From an uncultured Christensenellaceae bacterium (GTDB taxonomy: Bacteria; Bacillota; Clostridia; Christensenellales; UBA3700): DNA of 64,000 nt. The translations under genes were made by a program, and so were the position numbers. Within the stretch, counting starts at the first letter, position 1; each line of letters starts with the position of its first letter. The stretch spans positions 11,670-75,669 of the forward strand of contig CALWHE010000006.1 in the NCBI GenBank assembly GCA_944380295.1, written 5' to 3'. The notes under the pieces are model-generated. The model was not told the DNA's origin and ran no database searches. It was given only the letters and a program-made list of their open reading frames with translations. Of the stretch, positions 8,006-16,400 are shown in pieces.

Positions 8006-8035
8006 TTGACATCGTCCCCGCCGCTGCGCTATCAT
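8006..8035 (+). promoter_or_regulatory. Promoter of the riboswitch-thiT unit, a near copy of the 6699..6728 promoter
   Basis: TTGACA (8006..8011), 18-nt spacer, TATCAT (8030..8035). About 28 of 31 positions are identical to cttgacatcgcccccgccgctgtgctataat at 6698. Confidence 0.6.
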
Positions 8036-8160
8036 ATCAGCGGCTGGGGGTGCCTCCGAGGAGGCTGAGAGAGTCCCTTTGAACTTGGTCAAGGTAATTC
8101 TTGCGAAAGGAAGCAAAATCGGAAATGTTTTCTTAAAGTTCCTTCAGCCGAAGGAGTTTT
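8036..8160 (+). ncRNA. TPP (THI-box) riboswitch with expression platform
   Basis: ctgggggtgcc..ggCTGAGAgagtccctttGAACttGgtCaaggTAATtcttGCGaaAGGAAgc matches the THI-box core. Downstream hairpin TCCTTC agcc GAAGGA plus T7 sequesters the GGAG RBS just before ATG 8164 of a thiamine transporter. Confidence 0.85.
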
Positions 8161-8163
8161 TTT

Positions 8164-9300
8164 ATGTTCAACGCTTTGTTATGCGCCGCCGAGTATGTGA
8201 ATTTTTTCAACTTCGATTCCCTGCTCGGCACCACCGTGTGCGTGGGTCTTATCCTGATGGGCGCGGCAATACTTGCCAACCTCATCGTGTTTTTCGCCGC
8301 CCGCAGTAAATTTAAGCTCTCCGTGCTTGTGAGCGTGCTGCTCGTGCTGCTTTACCTGATCGTGGTCATCATTCTCAATATCCGCGACACGGCAAAAGAC
8401 GGCGGCTTTGAGTCGGGCAACACCGGTATGAGCGAGGAAGACGAAAACGGCATCGTCATATTCAACACCTCAAACGCCGTGTGGATCTCCGTGGCGGTGA
8501 TCGTGGTATTCGGCGCGCTCATCGCCCTGCTGCTCATCGACCGTAAAAAAGTTTCGCCGCGCGCCCACACCCTGGCCGTGGTTTACGCCGCGCTCTCCGT
8601 GGCGCTGGGCACGGGACTTTCTTACCTGAAAATGTTCGACGCCCCTTACGGCGGCTCCATCACCCTCTTCGGCTTGCTGCCCATCGCCCTCTATTCCTAT
8701 ATGTTCGGCGTGCGCCGCGGCACGCTGGCGGGCTTTATCTACGGGCTTTTGCAGCTGTTGCAGGGACCTAACATCCTGCACCCCGCGCAATTCTTCCTGG
8801 ACTATATCATCCCCTTTGCCGTGGTGGGCGCCTGCGGCGGCGTTTTCCGCCCGCTTACGGAGCGCTCCAAGCTCTCCCCCGTCCTCAAAGGCGTGGTGGG
8901 ACTTTCAAGCGGCATTGTGCTGGGCATTTTGCTGCGCTATCTCTTCCACGTCATCTCCGGCGCGGTCTTCTTCGGCGAATACGCGGGCGAATACGGCTTT
9001 GACAACGCCTGGGCTTACTCCGCCGCTTACAACGCCCTCTACGTGTTCCCCGACGGCGCCATCTGCCTCTTCGGCGGACTGCTGCTCATGCTCAGCTCTT
9101 CCTTCCGCGGACAGACTGACAGGGTGACGGCGGCGTTCAGAAAGAGCGCGGCAAAGCCCGCCTTTGCGGCGCAGACGGCAGGAGCGGAAGCTCCCGCGCA
9201 GGAAAACGCGCCCGCCGCACAGGCGCAGGACAACGCACAGCCCGCGCAAGAGGCGCAGGAAAACGCCGCCGCAGAAGATCGGGATCGGAACGCGCGCTGA
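8164..9300 (+). CDS. thiT: Thiamine transporter ThiT (ECF S-component) with an extra N-terminal TM region and a low-complexity C-terminal tail
   Basis: Residues about 145-300 match ThiT/YuaJ-type sequence (YGGSITL, LDYIIPF, FFGEYA, AYN..Y..P). About 140 extra N-terminal residues with TM helices. Ala/Gln/Glu-rich tail. TPP riboswitch upstream. Confidence 0.8.
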   Translation: MFNALLCAAEYVNFFNFDSLLGTTVCVGLILMGAAILANLIVFFAARSKFKLSVLVSVLLVLLYLIVVIILNIRDTAKDGGFESGNTGMSEEDENGIVIFNTSNAVWISVAVIVVFGALIALLLIDRKKVSPRAHTLAVVYAALSVALGTGLSYLKMFDAPYGGSITLFGLLPIALYSYMFGVRRGTLAGFIYGLLQLLQGPNILHPAQFFLDYIIPFAVVGACGGVFRPLTERSKLSPVLKGVVGLSSGIVLGILLRYLFHVISGAVFFGEYAGEYGFDNAWAYSAAYNALYVFPDGAICLFGGLLLMLSSSFRGQTDRVTAAFRKSAAKPAFAAQTAGAEAPAQENAPAAQAQDNAQPAQEAQENAAAEDRDRNAR

Positions 9301-9496
9301 GAGCAAACCGCCGGCAAAACGCCCAACGCAGTCTGAGCGCGGCACAAAAAATCGCCAAGGCAAAATGACCGCCGGCAAAACGACCGCCATTGTCAAGGCA
9401 AAACGACCGCCGGCAAATAACCAAACCGCGCCCCGCCAACCTTTCCGGCTTGCGGGGCGCATATCTTTTTTATACCTCTTGACTTAGCCGCCGTTT

Positions 9497-9542
9497 TTCG
9501 GCTGATTTAATATCAGATGTTAAATCAGCCGAAAGTTTTTTT
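9497..9542 (+). terminator. Rho-independent terminator downstream of thiT
   Basis: 14-bp stem TTCGGCTGATTTAA / TTAAATCAGCCGAA, 9-nt loop, then a T-run. Confidence 0.8.
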
Positions 9543-9640
9543 GCAATGTTTTTCCGCAAATTCGCCGCACTTTTTTAGCGATTTTCGGCGATTTTTCTTT
9601 TACGGAAAATGCTTTGTATATGTTTATTATTTTGATTTTT

Positions 9641-9770
9641 CGGCAAGTTGGCGGGATTTTGTTCGGCAAGTTGGCGGGATTTTGTTCGGCAAGTTGGCGG
9701 GATTTCGTTCGGCAAGTTGGCGTGATTTCGTTCGGCAAGTTGGCGGGATTTCGTTCGGCAAGTCGGCAAA
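9641..9770. repeat. 23-bp tandem repeat, five full copies plus a partial sixth
   Basis: CGGCAAGTTGGCGGGATTT(T/C)GTT at 9641, 9664, 9687, 9710 and 9733, with a partial copy at 9756. Confidence 0.9.
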
Positions 9771-9875
9771 GGCGCGCTTTGTTTTGGCGGCGGCGCGCGG
9801 CGGGCGAAAAATTCGCGCGGGCAAAGCGTTGCCGTTTATTTGTGTTTTTTTCTTTTGCGTGTTATAATCGTTAGT

Positions 9876-10679
9876 ATGGAAATAGGCATATCGACGGCTT
9901 CTTATTTTCCGCGCCTGGTGACGGAAGACGCCATGGAGCAAGTGGCTCTTGCGGGCGCCAAGGTGAGCGAGGTGTTTTTTGCCACCCACAGCGAGTATAC
10001 GCGCGAGTTCGCCGCCGAGGTGAAAAAGCGCGCCGACGCGGGCGGAGTGCGCATAAATTCCGTGCATGCGCTGACAAATCAATTCGAGCCGGAGCTGTTC
10101 GGCAAGGGGCTGCGGGCGCATGCGGACGCCCTCACCACTTTTACCCGCGTGTGCGAAGCGGGCAAGGTGCTGGGCGCGAAGTATTACGTGCTGCACGGCG
10201 CCACCCGTCTGAAACCGGCGGTCAAATATGTGTTCGATTACGAATTTCTCGCCTCGCGCGTGAACAAACTGTGCGACATCGCGCAAAGCCACGGTATCAC
10301 GCTCACATACGAAAACGTGCATTGGGCATACTTTTCCGTGCCGGAATACTTTGAAAAGCTCGCGCCGCTCTGTCCCCGTCTGGGCGCCACTCTGGACGTG
10401 AAGCAAGCCATGCAGTCGCGCCTCGATTACGCGGATTTTCTGCGCGTGATGGGCAGCCGGCTGAAAACGGTGCACCTGTGCAACTGGACGGAGAGCGGCA
10501 AACTGGTCATGCCCCACTCAAAAGAAGGCGTGCTCGATTTCAAGCTGCTTTTCAAGCGCCTGCGCGACGCGGGCTTTGACGGCGCGTGCCTGATCGAGGT
10601 CTATTCCTCGTGCTATAACGATTTTGCGGAAATAGCGCGCAGCCTTGATTATTTGAACGACATAAAAACAGACCTGTAA
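9876..10679 (+). CDS. Sugar phosphate isomerase/epimerase (xylose-isomerase-like TIM barrel)
   Basis: AP_endonuc_2-like pattern (SVH, YYVLHG, LTYENVH, acidic metal ligands). ATG 9876 lies 7 nt after TGTTATAAT. Confidence 0.8.
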   Translation: MEIGISTASYFPRLVTEDAMEQVALAGAKVSEVFFATHSEYTREFAAEVKKRADAGGVRINSVHALTNQFEPELFGKGLRAHADALTTFTRVCEAGKVLGAKYYVLHGATRLKPAVKYVFDYEFLASRVNKLCDIAQSHGITLTYENVHWAYFSVPEYFEKLAPLCPRLGATLDVKQAMQSRLDYADFLRVMGSRLKTVHLCNWTESGKLVMPHSKEGVLDFKLLFKRLRDAGFDGACLIEVYSSCYNDFAEIARSLDYLNDIKTDL

Positions 10680-10699
10680 GGTCTATTGGAGGAACATAT

Positions 10700-12121
10700 A
10701 TGCGTTACAGCAAAAAAGAGATGAAGATCCGCGTGGATTACAATAACATGATGTCCGCCGTCCTGGGCAGGGGTCGCGGCATTGCCGCCGCAGACGTGGA
10801 AAGCGTGGCGGCGCGCGCGGACAAGGCGTTCAACGCCGTGGCGGCAAAGTCCGGCATCGGCATGATGGGCTGGACCAAACTTGCCGGCGGACAGGCGGAC
10901 GTGGTGGAAGAGATAATTGCCACCGCCAAGCAGGTGCGCCGCGACTGCGAATATTTTGTGGTGCTGGGCATAGGCGGCAGCGCGCTGGGTCCCATTGCGG
11001 CGTTCAGAGCCATCAAGCACTTGCACTATAACGACTTGAAAAAGAGCAAACGCCGCGGTCCCAAGTTTTATGTGGAAGACAACGTGGATCCCGAGCGCAT
11101 GGCGGCGCTTTTGGACGTTATCGAACCGGAAAAGACCATTTTCAACGTGATAACCAAATCCGGCTCCACTTCCGAAACCATGACCCAGTATCTTATCGTG
11201 AACGACATACTCAAAAAGGTCCTGGGCGATAAAGCCAAAGACCACATCATCACCACCACTTCCCGCACCAAGGGCAACCTGATCAAGCTGGCGCAAAAGC
11301 ACGGTTACAAGACCTTTTATATCCCGGACGGCGTGGGCGGCAGATTCAGCGAGCTGTGCCCCGTGGGACTTTTGCCCGCCGCCGTGCTGGGCATAGACAT
11401 CCGCGGCTTGCTCGCGGGCGCCAAGTTCATGCAGGAGCTGTGCGAAAACCCCAACATGAAGCGCAACCCCGCCCTGATGAGCGCCGCGCTCATGTATATC
11501 GCCATGACCAAATACGGCAAAAACATCTCCGTGATGATGCCTTACGCAGACAGCCTGCAATTCATCGCGGACTGGTATGCGCAGCTGTGGGCGGAAAGCC
11601 TGGGCAAAAACAAGACGCTCGACGGCAAAGACTGCAACGTGGGTCAGACCCCCGTCAAGGCGTTGGGCGTGACCGACCAGCACTCGCAGGTGCAGCTTTA
11701 CACGGAAGGACCTTTCGACAAGGTGATCACCTTCATCGGCGTGGACGCATACCGCACCGACGTGACCATACCCGGCGGCTGCGAGGAGATCCCGGACGTG
11801 AACTTCCTCTCCGGACACACGATGAGCGAACTTATCAAAGCCGAACAAAAAGCCACCGAATACGCCGTGACCAAGGCGGGCAAGATGAATTACACCATCA
11901 CCCTGCCCGTGGTGAACGAATTCACGCTGGGACAGCTTTTGATGCTGTTCATGATGGAAACGGCATATTGCGGCGAATTGCTTGGCATAGACGCCTTCAA
12001 CCAGCCGGGCGTGGAAGAGGGCAAAAACGCCACTTACGCGCTTTTGGGCAGGAACGGTTACGAAGAGAAGAAAAAGGAGCTGGACGCGGCGCCGGCGAAA
12101 CAGACAAAATACATAATATAA
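10700..12121 (+). CDS. pgi: Glucose-6-phosphate isomerase
   Basis: Bacterial-type PGI motifs (VLGIGGSALGP, ITKSGSTSET, GGRFS, QHSQ.QL). GGAGG RBS. Confidence 0.95.
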   Translation: MRYSKKEMKIRVDYNNMMSAVLGRGRGIAAADVESVAARADKAFNAVAAKSGIGMMGWTKLAGGQADVVEEIIATAKQVRRDCEYFVVLGIGGSALGPIAAFRAIKHLHYNDLKKSKRRGPKFYVEDNVDPERMAALLDVIEPEKTIFNVITKSGSTSETMTQYLIVNDILKKVLGDKAKDHIITTTSRTKGNLIKLAQKHGYKTFYIPDGVGGRFSELCPVGLLPAAVLGIDIRGLLAGAKFMQELCENPNMKRNPALMSAALMYIAMTKYGKNISVMMPYADSLQFIADWYAQLWAESLGKNKTLDGKDCNVGQTPVKALGVTDQHSQVQLYTEGPFDKVITFIGVDAYRTDVTIPGGCEEIPDVNFLSGHTMSELIKAEQKATEYAVTKAGKMNYTITLPVVNEFTLGQLLMLFMMETAYCGELLGIDAFNQPGVEEGKNATYALLGRNGYEEKKKELDAAPAKQTKYII

Positions 12122-12124
12122 GCG

Positions 12125-13335
12125 AAAGAGAAAAAGGATAAGGCGGGTCCCGTTTTCAACGGGATCTGCCTTTTCCTCTTTCGCTTCCTGAAAGACAACC
12201 CCGGCATTCGCAATCGACATAATCATTCCAATATACTTTTATTCAGGGTGCAGCGTCACGCTGCCTCCGCCCCCTACACCGTGAAATCGATTGCTTGAGC
12301 CGCGGTTTTCTCTCTTTTTGCGGAACACGATATCGCATATCGCGCTTGGTCTTGCCGCAAAAATTCACTCTTTCCGCCCTCATTCGCTCCGCGCGCTCCG
12401 CTCATTCGGAAAATGCGCACGGCGCATTTTAGAGGTAACGCTTGGCAAAAGTGTGATTTTGCCGCGCTTTATTACACTTTGCTACGGAAGCATTACGAAG
12501 AGATTAGCCGGATAAACGAACAAGTGACTTCAAGGCATATAATGGGTGCAGCGGCACGCTGCCCGCCACGTCCGCGATGCGCCGTGCTATGCACGGCAGT
12601 ATGAGCGGACATTTCACGTGCCCTCTCGTCGCTTTGCGGTTTGATGGCACATTTCACGTTTTTGCCAACTCGTTGGCAAAAACATTTCACTTTTCGGCAG
12701 AAAAAACGCGGCGCTTGCGCAACCGCTATATCTGCCGAAAAATTTCACGTCCGTAGCGGCACGGCACACTTTCGTTTATAGATTTTGCCGTGCCGCGCAG
12801 GACATAAAGGGGTGGAGCGCCCCGCGCTCCGGGCGCAGCATTATATTCTAATAACGCCGCAGGCAGCCGCCACGCACGACGAGCGCGGAGCTGTATCGTC
12901 GTGCATTTCACGTGCCCTCTCTGTGAGCGCGCAAGTTCTTCACATTGCGGTCACATATGATCGGGGTGCAGCGTCACGCTGCTTTGAGGGCACATTTCAC
13001 GTTTTTGCCAAGGTGTTGGCAAAAACATTTCACTTTTGCGCGGTTGGCATATCATATATGTTTGTCTATGATGATAATTATGCCGGACAGACGTCTATAA
13101 GGGTGCGCAGGAGAGTGATGGATTTGCGTGCGGATTTGGACAAATGTGCCGCAGGCAATACTTGTTGTATTGTCAAGGCGCATTTGTGCAAAGGCGTGCG
13201 TAAAGACGCGCCCTACTGCGTGCCCGCATAGCGTCTGTCCGGCAGAGAAAAATATCACGTCCGGAGCAAGGGCACATTTCTTCGCTTATCGCTCATTGTG
13301 CCCTTGCGCAGGACATAAAGCGCTCCTGCCCGCTT
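12125..13335 (+). repeat. Mosaic intergenic repeat region: module L, then two heptamer-hairpin cassettes, the second carrying module E
   Basis: L at 12125..12565. Cassettes at 12565..12803 and 12805..13315. ATTTCAC at about 12610, 12650, 12685, 12742, 12903, 12990 and 13030. E at 13083..13242. Confidence 0.9.
12142..12182. terminator. Bidirectional terminator-like hairpin at the start of repeat module L
   Basis: GGCGGGTCCCGTT ttc AACGGGATCTGCC followed by a T-rich run and preceded by an A-rich run. The same hairpin module follows the aminotransferase gene (about 29430..29470) and rnj (about 36960..37010). Confidence 0.7.
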
Positions 13336-13419
13336 TTCCTTGACACCTGCGCGCCTTTATGATATATTATAGACAAATTGATTTTCACATGCGTTATGCG
13401 CGTGTCTTACGGGGACGAA

Positions 13420-16400
13420 ATGGACGAGGAAAAGCACGAGATCGCTATTGAGGAATGCGGCGCGGAAGAGCCGCTGCCGCAGCCTGACGACGGAGCGGAG
13501 AGCGCGAAACGCAAGGGCAAATTCCGCGGCAAAAAAGGGAAAAAGCGTGAAAAAGGCGCGCTCACGGCGGCGTTTGCCGGCAAATTGCTCGACCGCAAAT
13601 GGGTGGTGGTGGGCGTTATCACCGCCCTTTTGGTGCTTTCTTTCATCGGGCTTTTGTTTGTGAAAAAGAACGGCGACGTCACCTCTTATCTTAAAGACGA
13701 CACAAACACCATGATAGGAAAAAGCGTGCTGGAAGACGCCTATTCCATTCAAGGCGACCTCAACATCGCCATCTCCTATCTGAGCAAAGACCAGGTGCAG
13801 ACCATATACGATTCCATCGTTTCCGACCCGGAGCTTACGCACATGTATGTAACGGAGAACAAAGACGGCAAAGAGGTGCGCTCCACCATCATCAGCAAAG
13901 ACGTGTGGATAGGCACCTTTGACATGGTCTTGGAGCTGGGCGAAGGCGGTTTGGACTTCGGCTTTGTCCATGTGGACGGCATCGACCCGGTGGTGGCGCA
14001 GCAGATATACGATTCCGCAGCGAAGAATTACGTCAAGCAAACGCAGCTGGGCAACGGCACGGTGGTGACCACTTATATCCTCTCCTTCTATCTCAAAAGC
14101 GCCGCCAGCGACAACGCGACGATAGACGCGCTCGACCGCATAGAAGAGATCATCAACGACAACATCAATCAGCAAAAATCGGCGGGGCTGATCAGCGAGA
14201 CCATCTCCGCGGAATCGTGCTACTACTTTGGCGGCACGGCGGAAAACGCGCGCATTCTGGTGGCAAGCTCTGTGGGCGACATGCCTATTTTTGTGGCGAT
14301 AGCGGTGGTGGCGGTGTTCTTCATCCTGCTGCTGACCTCGCATTCATACTTTGAGCCGCTCATCTTTTTGGCAACGCTGGGCATTTCCATCCTGCTCAAC
14401 ATGGGCTCCAACATCATCGCCGGCAACCCGGTGGGCACCATTTCCACTATCACGTCTTCCTGCTCCACCATCTTGCAGCTGGCGCTTGCCATGGACTATG
14501 CCATCTTCCTCATGCACACGTATTACGAGGAACTGCGCATAAAGCTCAACCCGCGCGACGCCATCATCTCCGCCCTGCCCAAAACGCTGGCTTCCATTTC
14601 CGCCAGCGCGCTGACCACCATCGGCGGCTTTGTCGCCCTCTTCTTCATGCAGTTCGGCATGGGATACGACCTGGGCTTTGTGCTGGCAAAGGGCGTGCTT
14701 TTGTCCCTTTTAACGGTGATCATCCTGCAACCGGTGATGATACTTTTGTTCAGCAAGCCCATCATGAAGAGCCAGCACTCCTGGATAGTGGAGCCGCGGC
14801 TGGGCTTTGTGTCCAAAAACATCACCAAAAAAGGCGTGGCGGTGGCGGTGATCGCCATATGCGCGGTGATATGTCTGCCCTGCGCTTATTTCCAATCGCT
14901 CACGCCGCTGACATACATCTCCACCACGGAAGCCACACCCACCGACCAAATGACCAACCCGCAATACGTCTTGCAGGACTATTCCAACCAGGTGATAGTG
15001 CTGGTGCCCTTCTCCCCCAAAGAGGGCGATGAGGCGGATAAGACAGACTATGTTGCCAAGCAATACGAGTTTTTGGCTTGGCTGAAAACCGGTTTGGGCA
15101 CGGAAGAAGGCACGCACAAGGCGGAGGATATCCTCTCTCTGTGCACCATCATTCCGCAGGAGCGTTATCAGGAGATCGCCGAACACGAAAACGGGCTGGT
15201 GATGAGCTTTATCCAGGGCAACTTTGTCAATTCATACACATCCGCAGACGGCTCCACGCGCGAATACATGCTTTACACCGTCAACCTGCAAGGTCACCCG
15301 GAAGACGAGGAGTCTTACGCCTCTATCGCCGCCATCCGCGCATACGCCGCGCAGCTGTTCGGCGTGGAAGAAACACAGGTGTATATGACCGGACTTGCCC
15401 AGGGCGCAAGCGACCTTGCCTCCGTCACCCCGGACGACTTCATGCTGGTCAACATACTCTCCGCGGCGATCATATTTATCATTCTGCTCTTCACCTTCCG
15501 CTCTTTTATCACCTCGCTGATCTTGCTGGCGGTGATAGAAGCGGGTATCTTCTTCAACCTGGCGATCGTATATTTCGTATCCCTGCTCGCCCCTTACGCC
15601 CCCGGACTGCTCTCCGTGTTCTCCGGCGAGATAAACTTTATGGCATACCTCATCGTCAGCGCCATAGAGCTGGGCGCCACGGTGGATTACGCCATCCTCT
15701 TCACCTCTAAACTGAACGAGGAAAAAGCCAAAGGCTGCCGTCCGGAACGCGCCATCCGCAACGCCGTCTTCCGTTCCGCGCCTTCCGTGACCACCTCGGC
15801 GGCGATCCTCATCGCCGTGTGTTTGGCGGTGAACGCCATCTCTTCCAACATCATCGTGCGCCAGATAACGGAACTCATCGCGCGCGGCACGTTTTTCAGC
15901 TATATCCTGGTCTTCACCCTGCTGCCCTCCATCCTGCTCTTCAAGGAAAAGGCGCACGCCGCCCTGCTCAAACGCAAGGGCACGGAAGTTGTCTATGACG
16001 ACAACGCCGAAGATCTCAACAACGCCAAACGTGAGGCAAAGCGCGCCCGCCACATCGAGATGATGCAGGCAAAGGCGGCGGAATTCGGCTTTGATTACGA
16101 CCCCAACGCCCCCTTTATCGACTTCAAGCAGATAAAAGCCGACTTGGCGGCAAAAAAGCAGGAGCGCGAACAAACCCGTCTGCGCGAAAAAGCGCTGAAA
16201 CAGGCAAAGGCGCAGGCAAAAAAGGAAGGCGTGACTTTTGAGGAATACCTCGCCGCCCACCCTCTCCCCGCCGGCGATACCCCCGCCGCCGCGGACGACT
16301 TGATAAGCTCCGATACAAACAGCGCCGCAAACGATACCGCCGACCCGGCAAACGCAAGCGATACCGCCCCTGCGGACGGCGCAAACGCCGCCCCGAACAC

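Noticed and set aside
9641-9770. Type III toxin-antitoxin antitoxin RNA (ToxI-like tandem repeats with a partial last copy)
   Set aside because: No ToxN/AbiE-like endoribonuclease ORF follows. The next gene is a sugar-phosphate isomerase with its own promoter. The 23-nt unit is shorter than known ToxI-type units of about 34-45 nt.
10649-12226. Long ORFs antisense to recognised genes: 896..2038, 10649..12226, 13357..14343, 15232..16554, 21115..22422, 23654..24763, 25550..26689, 26737..28020, 29867..30997, 32979..34367, 34184..35533, 37711..39084, 40528..41439, 41568..42437, 43616..44791, 47525..48604, 48523..49557, 49328..50461, 51735..53807, 57331..58878, 60988..62697
   Set aside because: These are typical high-GC shadow ORFs. 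They have Arg/Ala/Gly/His-rich, low-complexity translations and no recognisable domains. Each fully overlaps a confidently identified gene on the other strand.
12125-13335. Consistent co-orientation of the heptamer cassettes with flanking transcription, as if they were 3' UTR or operon-internal elements
   Set aside because: Orientation matches the flanking genes at 2880..3478, 12125..13335, 22722..23590, 28440..29482 and 36070..37030. It is opposite at 17550..18645, 45110..45968 and 54420..55190, and mixed at 60180..60995. Only module L shows a consistent orientation, in 3 of 3 copies.
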